A DNA stretch of 64,000 nt, from the NCBI RefSeq assembly GCF_963921235.1, contig NC_086097.1, positions 166,658,001 to 166,722,000 on the forward strand. The letters run 5' to 3'. Shown here one piece after another: positions 48,010 to 61,680 of this stretch (the stretch's first letter is position 1; each line of letters opens with the position of its first letter). Origin of the DNA: Mobula hypostoma (lineage: Eukaryota). A program made the translations under genes and the position numbers. The notes under the pieces were generated by a model. That model saw only the letters and a program-made list of their open reading frames with translations, was not told the DNA's origin and made no database searches.

Positions 48010-49125
48010 AAAGGCGAAATTGTTGATGTGATGTGTATATGTTTCAGAAGCACCTTAAAAAGGTGCTTTATGGGGGATTATTAAATAAGAGTGTACAGTA
48101 TTAGGAGTAAAATGCTGGGATGGATTGAAGATTTGTTAATGGACAGAAAACAGATTAGGAATAATTGTGTTATTTTTGGGTTAGGAGGTATGATTCATGG
48201 GGATCCATGGAACTGTGCTGAGGCCTGTATCAATAATTTAGATAAGATGATCAAATGCAATATATCCAAGTGTATTGATAGACAAAGCTCTGTGGCAGTG
48301 CAGGCAAGAGCAGAGAAGGATTTAGATGGGCTTCCTGGAGAGGTAGACATGTTATGCTGATCAGCAAAAACATGGTAGATGGAATATTATGTGAATTAAG
48401 CAAGATTGCCAACTTTGATAGGAAAGATTGAAAACCATTCTTATTTTTAAGCAGAGAAAGACTTAAAGCCGTTGCTGTTCAAAGGGATTCAGGAGTCCTT
48501 GTAGATGAATCATCCAAGTAGAGGAAGCAATTGGAAAAGCAAATCATCAGTGGCCATAATTTCAGTACTTGAGGTATCTGCTCCAATGACATCGAGCCCT
48601 GGTGAGATTGTACCTGAAATATTGTGTACCAGTTTGGTCTTGCTACCTAAGGAATGACATACTTAGAATTTTGGGGAGCGCAATGAAGCTTCACCAGGCA
48701 GATTCTTAGAATGGCCTTCTGGTGATTGAACAAATCAGGAATACACTTGCTAGAACCTGAAAGAGTGATAGATGATCTAATTTAAACCTACAAAATTGTT
48801 ATGGGGCTTAACCAACCATAAGGAGGAATGATATTTCCCTTCGCCGTGGTGTCTATAATTGGAGTGTTACAGATATAAAATAATCTGTTAGCTATTCAGA
48901 ATTGAGACCAGAAGAAAGCAAATCTCTGGAATTCTCTTCCCAAAAGAGTTGCAGCAGCTAAGACAGCTAATCACTCAAGAAAGTGATTTTTAGATTTTAA
49001 AGGAGTCAATGGGATATAAGATTACTATAGGCAAATGGTTCTGAGGTAACAGATCAGCCATGATCACACTCGATGGCAGAACATGTGTCAGGGATCGAAT
49101 GGCCAACTCCTGCTTCTAGCTCTTC
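48010..49125 (+). mobile_element. Highly decayed CR1 fragment
   Basis: Remnants LGWIEDLLMDRKQ and IKCNISK; CR1 3'UTR (gatcagccatgatc...gaatggccaactcctgct). Confidence 0.7.
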
Positions 49126-49593
49126 TGCAGGTTTGTTCTTAAACTCATCCTGCTGATAAAACTATCTGTGTCGTTAGATCAAGTTCATCACCATCAGCAG
49201 TATTTCACTAATTGAACTTGGGGACAGAACATTAAATCCATCCACAGCAGAGTCTTTATCTCGCTGCAGAGATGTATATATAAAAACCTTATTAACTGTC
49301 TGGGTTTGAAAGGGTAGGGTGAGGAGATTTCGATGGTGATGGGAGAGTGAAGTGGTTATGAGTACCCATTCCAAAATGTACATTCCTACAAAAAGATTTC
49401 CAGTGATCAACAGGCTGATTTGAATCTGGTTAGTAACCCTTTGTAAGCTCAGTGCAGTTCCTTCATTTTATAATTAACAACATGATAACAAATGCAGTAC
49501 CTTGGCTTTCCATCACCCATATACCATAAAAGTTTGTAAAGGATTACCCAAAAAAGAAAATCTTCTGTGGGGAGAAATGTAACATGTTATTAC

Positions 49594-49776
49594 CTTTAAG
49601 ATGGATCGGTGAAAGAACAGTGCAAGCAGTTGTACGAGGTCATAATGCACATAGCCATCCTTCTTCTCAATGCCGATTATGTTCGGCACAAAGTCAGGTT
49701 TGTCTCGGTTTATACTTAAATTCTTATTCCACGGAAAAAACCCAAACTGGAAAAAGTACTTGATCACAATTGTTAC
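49594..49776 (-). CDS. PIEZO2: PIEZO2 coding exon (VTIVIKYFFQFGFFPWN...YDLVQLLALFFHRSILK)
   Basis: Acceptor ccccacAG|GTA, donor AAG|GTaata; 183 nt, phase 0/0. Confidence 0.97.
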
Positions 49777-50861
49777 CTGTGGGGAGATGAAATACCATTT
49801 TCTTAAAAAAAATTTTTAATTCAATTTTCAAACCTGATTACATAGAATAATATCTACCCTCCCCCCTCCGCTTAACCCTTCCCCCCGAAACATACCCCTA
49901 CCTAAAAAAAGGAAAAAAAGGAAAAAAAAGAAAGAAATACCATTTTTACACAGCACATTCCTTTGTATTCTAAGAAGTTAAGCAAGCTAAATGTTTAAAT
50001 GCCTACCTTAAGAACAAAGTACAGTTATGCATAATTATACTTTGCCTAAATGTAACAGGATTACATTTGAGCTGAACAGATGATGTAACCTCCTGTACTG
50101 AGGGTTGATGCTATAATTTCAGATGGGCACTACAGGTTGACTGACTTCACAGAATGCCTTCCCTCTGTACTGCTGGTGCGTGAGAGCATCACACAAGCTT
50201 TCATTGTTACCAACACGGTGAATCCCCTCTGCCATCGGATTTCAGAATGGTCCATGAACCCATGAACACTACCCCGTTATTCATCTTTTGCACTATTTAG
50301 TTATTTTGTAACTTATAATAGTTTGTATGTGTTGTAATATACTGCTGCCACAAAACAATAAATTTCATGACATACGTCTAGATAATAAATCTGATTCGGT
50401 TTCTGATTGGTGTGACATGTGTTAAAAACATCTTCCATTTAAATTGGCAACAAGCAATTGATTCCATTAAGCCAGTTACATGACCCTCTTGTTCATTTCA
50501 GAGGCATGGCTCGGAGTAATAAGGGGTATCAGATGCAAGAACACCACCAATGGAGACAGACAAATATACAATATTTTTCAGCAACCTAAACACTGGAAAC
50601 TGCTTTCTGTACCCCAAAGTTATTTCACTTTATTTATATTCCCTCTCCCCATCTACCACCATCACCCACATAACTTGCAAGTTCTTGGCTTTAATTTGTC
50701 ATTTAACCTGGATTTTAAGGAATTGTAGTACAGTATATTTAGCTTTCTCATTCCAATGTCATGGAATAGACAATTTGCAAAAGCTGTTCAGTTCTGAAAA
50801 GTGTTAATCTCCAGTTTTAGCCTATAAGGTTACAGAACATGACAAAACAAAATCTACAGAC

Positions 50862-51120
50862 CTCTGTATACACAATTGCTGTCATCCAGAAACGCTTGCT
50901 TGGCCTAGGAACGGACAGCATAGCCCAGAGAAAAATGAGGATGGGAAGTACCAAGGTAATCATTGACGCTGAGACTATGTGATTGAGGATAATGACAAAG
51001 AAACACAGCATTTCTGACCGGGCTACCAGGGTATTATAGAGGGCAAAGAAGAGCAGCAGTGGCCGAGGTTGAGCTTTGTAGAACTTCTCCGAGTCTTCCA
51101 ACTCCTCATCATAAAACATC
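50862..51120 (-). CDS. PIEZO2: PIEZO2 coding exon (MFYDEELEDSEKFY...LWAMLSVPRPSKRFWMTAIVYTE)
   Basis: Acceptor tttcAG|G, donor GAG|GTctgt; 259 nt; follows an 88-nt intron; conserved Piezo transmembrane segment. Confidence 0.97.
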
Positions 51121-51208
51121 CTGAAATGTAAGATGTTGGAATAACATTAGAGATGGGTAAAGGCCCAATAATAAGAGATTCTGTATAGAACTGAGATATA
51201 CAACTTAC

Positions 51209-51511
51209 TTGTTGAGAAGCAGTTCACTGGCTGTTAGTTCGTGGCTTAGACTTGGAAAGATAGGGTCTTCAAGTAGATCCGCTTTGCTATCTGGGGTGAG
51301 TGCCATAATCTGCTTTCCTCCAGCAGAATCTGAGCTAATGGTCAAATGCTCAAGGCTCACAGCTTTGCTGTATGAAGGAGGAACCTCTTCAGTCATGGTG
51401 TCTGTTGTATACACAGGCACTGTCGCTTCTTCATCCTGCTCATCTTCCACCTCCTCAATCGTATCAGTGGTCCCTTGACGTGAATACAACATGGTGCACT
51501 GTGTTGGCTCG
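51209..51511 (-). CDS. PIEZO2: PIEZO2 coding exon (EPTQCTMLYSRQGTT...PPSYSKAVS...HELTASELLLN)
   Basis: Acceptor ttctcttAG|C, donor AA|GTaagt; 303 nt, phase 2/2. Confidence 0.95.
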
Positions 51512-53425
51512 CTAAGAGAAGAAATAATAAGGTTCAGACCTTCCTTTCAAAGATGTTTCAGATTTTTAATCTTTCCCCATTCAAAGGCCTTGAAATTTTC
51601 CACCACTGTTAAAGCACAAGTCTGGAAGCTTTAAGTAGGAAGAGATTGACTGTACTTTTAGCTCCATTTCATGCACATATTCCTCCCACATGCCATGAAT
51701 GCTAACACAATTATACAAGAGCCCATGCTTGTAGATCATTACAAATGGTACTGATGCAATTAAAATGCGTGGATATGATGAAACCTACGTGGAGTAAAAA
51801 ATACACAGAAAGGAGATAATGAATGTAAATACTTCTAATCTACTTGTACTGTATTCATCTGACTTAAACACTCAAGAAAAAAATCTGTTGATTTCTTTCC
51901 AATTCTCGTTGTGTGCTCTAAGTTTGCTGGCTCTCATTTTTATGTCAAAGTGACCATTCATGACAGTTAAACTCTTCACAGTAAGGATTTACAGGTCATC
52001 TGATAGTAACAGGCATCACAGTGTCCTTACACAACATGCATACATGTTCCAGCAGGCAGCAAGCAGAAGAAAGATTCATTGACTATTTCCCCCCTTTTCA
52101 AGACACTGTATTCAAATACAGTATCTTCATCAATGCCTGACCAACCCCAGCTGAGTCAACAGAGGTCAGAGCCTGAATTGTGGACCTTCTTTTCCTGGAC
52201 CCCTCAGTATCACAATGTCATAATTAATGAAAGGAAAAGAACTTGCCCTTTATTTTTAGTCCTTTCCTTAATCATAGCATAAGATTATCAAAGAAACTTT
52301 TAAGGCAAAAGTAGAACTCTAGGAAAATTTGCAGTGAAATTTATAGGTTCTGTTAGAATGCGTTAAGTGTGTATTTGAGTATCTATAATACCAATGGAGA
52401 AGAATATTATGGGATATATTAAATATTTGTCTTAATTCTGATCCTTCAAAGTATTTATGACTGAGCATCTTTGGAAACTGGATATTGGAATATCACAGCA
52501 ACTAAGACGCTGCACAAGCCTCAACAAATAAATAGTTTAAGAACCAACAGTAAGATAATCAAGAGATCCTTGTTTCAAGTCTGCTGAAAATACATTCTTT
52601 ATTTAAAATGTTTCATCTTCTTTCTTGAATCTCAGATTTCTGTTGGTACAAAGCCCAAAACAAGAAACTGTTTCATTTATGTGAGAGCTTGGTTATAATG
52701 TGAAGCTCCAGCTTCTGTGTTGAGGATATTGAGCCATTGGAGAATGTGCAGTTATGGAAGATAAACACTGGTACTCTGTGCTTTGATGAAGGGAAGAATG
52801 ATGGTGACCTAAAAGAGTTTGTCAAAACAACAAAGGGTATCAATAGCTTAGATGTTGTCAAAGTCTCTCCATTTGCTGGGGAGTTCAAAATTAGTTAGTA
52901 TAAACATAACATAATTAATAATAAATCACCTAAACAATTCGGGCAAAAGTTCATAATGCATGACATTGTAAGAATGCAAAGTTTAGTGCCATATGGAATC
53001 ACATTTATATGGTAGGTGGAGATGACGCATACCCAAGGCAGAAAGGACTATTGGAATGTGGGCACAGGATGGGAAAAAGCAGTTGGAGTCACCAACAGTT
53101 GGGCTAAATGACCTGTTTCCATGCTGAGAGCTTCTATATAACTCTAAAGGAATTCGAAGTATAGCCTCCACATTAAATTGCACAATGGAAAGTAATTGTG
53201 TAGGTTGGAGTAATGATATGGCTTTGAGGCTTCTTCATACAGAATCATTTAATAACCATATTCTATTATCAAATTTATGGCTCCCGTGATTAAGTGTGCT
53301 GTTACGCTGTGTAAAGTAGAAACACATTTAAAGGTAGTAATCATGCCAACACATACTATGCAAACATATATATGCATTTAGTACATATATTAGTTATTAA
53401 AATTAAGCATGCATGAATAAGGCAC

Positions 53426-53584
53426 CTTGACACTATACTGCCAGTTTCAACCGATGAGGAGGACATATCAAGGCTGTACATTTTACGAAGCCTAGGTCGA
53501 GCACGCTCACTTGTTTTAGGAATATCATCTATATCATCTAGAGTTGACTGCCGTGAGTACAGCATGGTAGCTTCAGTGTAGCAG
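53426..53584 (-). CDS. PIEZO2: PIEZO2 coding exon (CYTEATMLYSRQSTLDD...PKTSERARPRLRKMYSLDMSSSS)
   Basis: Acceptor tgatAG|C, donor AG|GTgcc; 159 nt, symmetric phase 2/2; PIEZO2-specific peptide. Confidence 0.92.
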
Positions 53585-56500
53585 CTATCAGTACAAAACA
53601 TTAAAATGACACAGAACATAGCAATTAGACAGAAGTGCACAAAACAGCCACATGCACAAAAGATTGCTTTAAAGAAAAAGGGGCAGAATTGCCAAAATTC
53701 TGTGAGTGTGCACTACTCTGAGGACTTTATTTCACTCTGTGACAATTTGAAAAAAAATACACATGAATAAAAGGAGTATCATCCAGTTAAAAAATTAAAA
53801 AAGAATTGACTAATTGTCATTTAGTAGTCCTCCTACATCAAAGAACCACCTCATTGATAGCAATAGAGCAAACACGACTGATTGAATTTCACTGATCAGT
53901 GGAAAGATAAGAATGAAAAGATTTACTGGGAAAAAAATCAAAAAGAACCTCCAAAATACAAAAAGTACAGCAGATAATAAACACCTGTTTTAAAATATAT
54001 GCTTTTTAAATATAAGAATTAGGAACAGGAATCTGCCATTTGTCTTGTTGAGTCTGTTTAACAAGGTCATGCCTCTACTTCTATTCAGCTCCATTTTCCT
54101 GTCCCCTCCCCACATCTCTCGGTCTCCTTAACACTACAGCTGGAGAAATTGTTGGACTTGTGTAAAAATCCAACTGATTCACCAGTGAAGAAAAGAATGA
54201 TCCACCTCCCTCTTCCCTGTCCAAGATGTGATTCCAATGTTATCTACAGAGTTGATGCATTGGAAGTGAAATCTTCAATGCTGGCATTGCAAAACAGGCT
54301 GATGGTGAGTCAAAAGTTAGTTCAGTCTTCACCTGAACTTTCAAAGAAATGGAAGATCAGGCACGGTGTAAGTTGGACTCAGATTTGTTAACGGTCTTTT
54401 CTGTACAATGAGTGTATATCAGTTTTAATCCTTTAATGCTCTAAGCCGTTTTGCCCAATATCTAATGGAAATTTAGAGGCAAAGAGTAGGGTTGAGGTCA
54501 GGTGCAATGCACTCGAACAGGAGGATATAGAGACAGGTACAGAATATACATAATCTGAATGTATATCACGCAGTAAGTTAGAAAGAATGTAAGAAAGCTT
54601 TAAGACTGCTTGGAATCATCACATTGTTTTTCTTCTTTATTTCAATGTTTGAAGCAAATAAGGTACAATTTAAGCCGGTGTTTAGCTCAAGAAACACTTA
54701 GAAAACTGATAGAAGTTTGTCCAGCTGCACCGGCTAAATTTTCCTCGTGCACATTAGAATTTAGATATATTTGGTCCTGAGATAATGTTATGTAACAAAT
54801 TTAAGTAGTAAAAGAAAATAAGCAATAAGGGATGGGTAAATTAAAGAAAGCAAACTGACAGTCTCTGAACATAAATAAAAACACAAAATCTAATAATATT
54901 TTTCATTATGATTGTACCTAGATCACACACAAATAAAATTTAAACTGCAAGATCAAGAATAAAACAGATAAGTATGCTTGCAAATCAGTCACAGATGTTA
55001 ATATGCAGGTAGGCCAAGCAGTCAGGAGAGAACTGTGAACATTTATTACAAAGGAGTGGAATGTAAGATTAAGTGGTGGGTAGATGGGGGGTGTGAGGTA
55101 GGATGGTGAAGACAAAATTGGTGACTAAACTGTTTATCTATATGCAAGGATGATATTTACCTATCACTAGACCGATACCTGGGTAGAGGATGTTGTCACT
55201 TCAGGAGCGATTATGCTGAATAGTCCTTACGTTCCCAGCAGTATAGAAGGCAAATTACCACCACTGAAATGCATACAATTCTTCAGGCTTGCTAGGATAT
55301 AGACGATTTACTTAAGCTAGAATTTGGAGTCTGAGCTCCAGCTTATGGGTCAAGATAAGTGGAAATGTCTTCTCTTATTGCATTTTGACTCTTTGGAAAT
55401 CTGAACCCAGTAATGATGCTCAGTTATGTGTGTATTCACAAGTAAAGTCATAAACTCTTCAAGAGATCTTAAGGAGATAGAATTGGAAAGGTTTAAGCAA
55501 GATGTTATAACCACACTCATCATTTCAGGAACAGCTTCTTCCCCTTACCATCAGATTTCTGAACAGCCCATGCACCTATGATCACTTCCTCAGTATTCCT
55601 CTTCTTGCACCATTTCTTTATTTTTATAACCTATAGTAATTTTTATACCTTGCACTGTTCTGCTGCCACAAAACAACAAATTTCACATGTCAGTGATAAT
55701 AACACTAATTCTGAGTTAAGATGGAGACTCTAAGGGCTGCAATACCATCACCTGCTTGTATTCCTTAATATTCTGAGTGATTAATGAGTTCATTAGAGAT
55801 CCTACAATCAGTATGTCCTTCCCCTAATAAACATACGTAGAAGCTGAATAGGCTTAAATCAAACCACTGAGCTGATGAGGGAGACTAGCATAATGTAACA
55901 CCAGTCTTTAATGGGTAATTATTATAACACAGGGGCATTTGCTAATATCCTTTAAAAAAAAGACATTTAAGGGCCTTAGATAATTAAAACTCATCACCCC
56001 AACTTTAATTCTAATTCCATGAAAATATCAATATCAGAGGCAAGTTGGTGGAGATCAGTGTAAAGTATCATTCATAAGGAGAAAGTTGGGCAACATGATT
56101 TTCCATGAAGAGTGCCAAAGCAACTGAGGATTAAATTAAAAAAGATCTGGAGGTCCCAGTAAAAAGAGCAGTCAACATGTCAACAAAGTACAGTTGAAAA
56201 AGTAGAATCCGGACACAATAGACAGCTCTTCAGTTATGTTATTCTGTGACTAGACTACGAGAAACAAGTGGAAAATAGCAGTGGGAGCCAAGCACAGGGG
56301 TGCACATTAGAAGGGTGATGAGACTCAAAATGTCACTGAAGGTTGGGATTTTCAACAAGCAACCACCTTATTCGGGCAGATAAACAATATTGAAAGATTA
56401 ATCTAAACTACTGCTTTAAATTTAACAGTGGGAAGAGGCCGGGGAGTGCATGTTGTTGTAGATAGTTAAAGAAAGTTTTAACACTAATATCAGGACATTG

Positions 56501-56889
56501 TTCTTCAGCTGGAGGTGATCAACACAGAGTAGAAAACCTGGAAGCATTTAGGAAATAATTAGATACAGCAAAGGAACACTGAAAGGCTGCTTTGGAATTA
56601 CATATTTTGTTGAATATATGGACCTCTTCTGGTGTAAATATTGAACTTTTGGAAAATAAGATTCTGTGATAACATTCACATTCGGGCTGTTTGTAGGGGA
56701 CAAAATTTCATCTAAGAATGCAGCATCACTGCATTGTATTTAAAATGTTATTATGTTGATAAGTCCGAGTTTCAGTGGAAATAATAATCACAGCATGATG
56801 AATAATCTTGTTCTGACAAAGTAATACAGAGGCTATGAGGCTAGTTGTCTCTGTACAAACTTTCAGAATGAGAGCAATATTCTAGAGAC

Positions 56890-58166
56890 ATTATAGTAGG
56901 GCTTTACCACAAACCACAACATGGAGATGGCCCTTGCCAAAGTTGTCAGTGACCTGCAGCTCAGCACTGATGCCAACAGAGTCTCAGTTCTAATTCTTCT
57001 CGATCTAAATGCTGACTTTGACACAATTGACCTCAATATTCTCTTAGATCATTTTCACAACTGGGTTGGCCTCTTTGGTAATGCCCTTAATTGGTTTTGT
57101 TTATATATCTTGGGGAAAATTTTTTGTGCATCTTGGAGACCAGTTTTCTGACATACAATGTACCTTTTGGTGTTGTTCATGGAAGCTGTCTTGGTCCCCC
57201 ACTCTTCTCCTTATGCATGCTTCCCTTTGGAGACCTCATTAAAGAGCAGAAACTTGATTTCCACAGTAGCCTGATGATAACATCCTATTGTCTCCGACTT
57301 CTGGTATGGCTACACCAAACAAATGATGGCTGCGATAAGACTGTTATACTTTTGGCTGTTCCCAAAGCCAAAAGTGATAAACTTATTGATTAACTTGGAA
57401 ATTTGTCTCCCATTGGAAAATCAGAAGTAACAAGCCTAGATGTTATTCTTGACTCAGATTTGAATTTTAAATCCCTTGTAAAGAAATTGACCAGAGCAGC
57501 ATTTCTACACTTAAGAAATATTGCAAAGGTACATCCGTTTCTGACAGATTATGATGCTGAAAAAATAATTTATGCTTTATATCAAATAGACTAGATAACT
57601 GCAACGCACATTTGAGTGGCCTTTCAAAGTAATCTATAGATAAACTTCAACTCTTTCAAAACACCACTGCTAGACTTTTAACCAAAACCAGGATGAGGGA
57701 ACATACCATTCCCATACTAGCTATTCTGCATTGGTTTCCTGTAGCCTTTAAAATCGATTTTAAAGTTATCTTACTTGTTTTTCAAGCTCTTGATAATCTG
57801 GGACTGGAGTACCTCATAGAATCATTTTTGTTTTATAATCCTGGTTGAGCTCTCAGGTCTCCTGGGGTCTCATAAATTTAAACAATCTCCCTCAAAAGAT
57901 AACTGGCAGGTCAGCTTTTTCAAACTATGCTTGTAAACTGTGAATTTCAATACCTAAATCTATAAGGGCTGCAGACTCAGTTGACACTTTTAAATGCCAG
58001 CTCAATACTTATTTTTTAACCTTGCTTTTAACAAACATCACCTTATCTTTAATTTTCATGTTTATTTTTATTTTTTTTATTTTATTTTCATGTTTGTACT
58101 TTTATCCCATTGTAACACACTTTGAACTAAATTATCTGTATGAAAAACGCATTTTAAATAAAGTTA
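56890..58166 (+). mobile_element. Decayed L2-clade LINE, RT and 3' region
   Basis: Fragments ALAKVVSDL...VLILLDLNADFDTID, GVVHGSCLGPPLFSL and AFLHLRNIAKV; L2-like 3' end (tgtaacacactttga...tatgaaaaacgc...aataaa). Confidence 0.8.
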
Positions 58167-58338
58167 CACACACAGAATGCTGGAGGAACTCAGCAGGCCA
58201 GGCAGCATCCTGATGAAAAGTCTCAGCCTGAAACATTGACTATACTGTTTTCCATATATGCTGCCTGCCTGCTGAGTTCCTCCGGCATTTTGTGTGTGTT
58301 GCTCAGATTTCCAGAATCTGCAGATTTTCTCTTGTTTA
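58167..58338. mobile_element. Fold-back element copy, 12-bp TSD, inserted in the L2 tail
   Basis: TAAATAAAGTTA at 58155-58166 and 58339-58350; degenerate CTGATGA...GAAAC core at about 58210-58235. Confidence 0.8.
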
Positions 58339-59439
58339 TAAATAAAGTTATTATCATTATTATTGCTATTATTAAGTGTGCTAGCCTCCAAAGACTATAG
58401 TAATTCAGATCAGTGAATTGTGTTAATACCTCCCCCTCGTATTGCTTATGCAGTGAGAGAGGACTAAGTCTAGTGCCAGCAAGTAAAACGTCAATGGTCA
58501 GTGAAAGGCCACGCATACCTTCTACGCATTTAACGCAGCAGCCTCCTTGAAACCATTAAAAAAAATTTGGTGCACCATATTCATAGAATGTTGCATCCTG
58601 ACTGAATGCATGATCAATAAATGATTATCAATAAATGCACCAAACTCATTTAACACTACATAGCACAGTACAGATGGTACAGTCAAAGGGTGTCATTACA
58701 CCATTCCCACTGAATGTAAAACTCACTGAAAGCACCATCCTCATTGAAGGCATCACACTTGTTTAACACAACAGATGCAACGAATGCAGCAAACACTGTG
58801 AATACCCCACTCGTTCTGAGGTGTAGCAAGAGGCTGGGATCAAAAGCTTTGTAATATCAAATGCATCAAGGTCACCTGGATAAAGTTTGAAAATGGTTTT
58901 GCAAATCTCCTTTGCACAACTATTTGCAACAGTAAATGGTGTGATTCTCAAATGGAGAGTATTTCTTCTCATCCAACATGTGTGGAATAGCATTCCGGGT
59001 AGGCTTTGAGACACTGAAATTCTGAATCAACCTGCAGATGTGGGAGACGCAGTGGTTTCCCGGAAGGAAATTTGCTCAAGGTGGCCATAAGCACCAGTAA
59101 GGCTTTTTTTGAACAACTTCAAACTCAGGCAATGGTTAAAGGAACATAGATTTAATTACATTAATTATGCTGAAGTAGAACAAATTACTTGATCACTTGG
59201 TGAAGACTTGCAAAGGTTCAAGGTCACGACACAACCATCACACACCTTGAGCTATTTACAAATGAAGCAATTCATAGTCAGCTTTTGGAATTGAATCAAA
59301 GAACTGGACCATTCCAGTATTATGGAATTTGGTATAAAACTTCAGACCAAATAATTAAGTGTATTCATAAGAATAAAGCTAACATAATTCTTCAGATAAA
59401 ACAAAAAGTGCTGGAAACATTAAGTAGGTCAGGTCGTAG

Positions 59440-61680
59440 ATTCATAGAGCAATACAGCACAAATACCAGCCCTTTGGTCCAACAAGTCCATACTGACCAT
59501 GATGCCCTGCCAGCTAGTCCCAATTTCCCATTTTCAGCCCATATCCCTCGAAGACCTGCCCTTCCAAGTACCTATCCAGGTGCTTCTTATTGCACCTACT
59601 TCGTCTGCGTGAAATAGTTGCCCCTCAGTCACTTTTAAATCTTTCCCCTCTCACCCTAAACCTACAGTATATTCTCTAGTTTTAGACTTCCCTACCCTGG
59701 GGAAAAGGCTGTTATCGTCCACTTTATTGATGTCCCTTATAATTTTAAACATTTCTTTCAGATCACCCCCTCCTCATTTTCCTATATAACAAGGAATAAT
59801 GATCTAGCTTGGCCAACCTTTCCCTTTCACTTAGGCCCATAGTCCTGACAATATTCTTGTAAACCTTTTCAGCACTCTTTCCAGTGTAACCATACTGCTA
59901 CTATAACTGGATGCACAGTACACTAGATGCAGCCTCACCAACAACTTAAATCACTATTAAATGCCTTGTTCTCCACACTACCTGTGACATTGCTTTCAAA
60001 GAACTGCATACAGTACTTGTATTCGCAAGTCCCTCTGTTCCATTCCACTCTCCTGTGCCCTGCTGTACATTGTACAAGTCTTATGCTAACTTGACATCTC
60101 AAATGCAGCTTCTCACATTTGTCTGCACTGAAATCTTGCTGCTCCTGGACCTACTCCTTTAATTGATTAAGATCCCCTTGTAATCTATGATCATTTTCTT
60201 CACTTTCAACAGCACCTCCTATTTCTGTGTTTAATGCGCTGGTTAAGATTTCTACTGCTATGCTGTTAAGTATTTTATTTTAACAGTTTTCTGCAAAAGC
60301 TGATAAGAGTATTTTGTCTTTGGCTAAAAATAAGGAACTATGTTGCCGAACTTAGGACTATTGTGTCAGCCAATCAGGATTGTGGGATGTAGAGAAGGTT
60401 CTGCAGAGTTGGGTGGGAAGAGGTTTCTGAAGGACTGTAGTCTGCTTTGGGGTCCTTTGGTGGGAGCTGCAGAGCGGGGCCCAAGGGAAGATAGCACAGA
60501 AAGCCTTTGGAACGAGGGTCCCTGTTTCAGGAGTGCTTTCTGCAGATAAATGGCTCCAAGGATGAAGGGCCAATACGCCTGTGAGATCCAGTTCATTCAA
60601 GATGGCCTTCGAGTGAAATTTGGACTGTACTGGGTGCTTTTATGCAAACCATGGCTCTAGCGCATGAGTAAAGCGATACACCCCCAATTCCTCCAGAAAT
60701 GAGCTCCAATGTTTATGTGCACATTGGACTGGTTTAACTGTAATGGGCCCTTTTATTTTTCTTCTCTTTTTGCTGTAACAGTAAATTTGGTAAATATACT
60801 TTCTTTGTAACTTCATGCTGGCGTACAATCTGTCATTTCTGGGCTATCGATAACTGTGTATAGGCAGTATTTACACAGCATTCGCTCAAATTGAGGTGCC
60901 TTTTATCAGAACATCCCAATGTTCCTGAACCCCAAATCATACCAATCCTGGATGCATGTTGCTTATGAAAGGTGGTCTTCTCACCGCTGAGTCACATGGC
61001 TGTTAGCAGACGTAGCTAACGAGCCAAGTGAGTGTATGAACCCCAGTGAGAGGGTTACATGTGTCATTTGCAAATTTACTGACCAAGTCTTGTGCATTCG
61101 TATTAAACTCAGTTAAATAAATAATGAATAGCAAGCATCCATCACTGATCCCTGAGGCACACCACGAGTCAATGGCCTCCATTCCGAGAAACAACCCTCT
61201 GCTTCTTATCTCCAAGCCAATGAATCCTTCCAACTACCATGTCTCTCCCTGGATTCCATGACTTTCCACTAACATAGCCATGACGACTACAGCTAATCAG
61301 ATTGTACCTATCCAAATGTTGGTAGATTCTGTCTCTCAGAATTCCCTCCAGTGGCTAATAATAAAGCAGCTATCTCCACAAGTGTCTCTAGCATTTCACC
61401 TCCAACTTCCCATAATGTCTGAGGATGCACTCTGTCATGTTCTGGGGATTTATCCACATTAATGCGCTGTAAGGGTGCAAATACTTCCTCCCTGCTAGTC
61501 TGAATGTCTACCAAAATATTCTCACGTGTTTCCCTTATCTCTAGAGCAACCACGATTTTCTCAGTAAACACAGTGAGAGATATTTGTTAATAATCACACC
61601 CACCCCCTGCAGCTCAAGAAACAGATGCCCTTGCTGATCATTAAGGGAACCTATTCTCTTCCTGCCTACTATCTTAGCCT
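59440..61680 (-). mobile_element. Old CR1 LINE fragment split by the solo LTR
   Basis: Remnants VDKSPEHDRVHP and SKFANDT; CR1-type 3' end near 59440-59520. Confidence 0.75.
60230..61059 (+). mobile_element. Solo LTR (about 830 bp) inserted into the RT motif of an old minus-strand CR1
   Basis: Ends ...GGGTTACA; starts TTTAA (probably mutated TGTAA); TGTG duplicated at 60226-60229 / 61060-61063; removing it restores the CR1 peptide KFANDTEIGG. Confidence 0.75.

Noticed and set aside
59056..59064. Perfect STAT-type motif TTCCCGGAA
   Set aside because: A single 9-mer is plausible by chance in 64 kb and has no supporting context.
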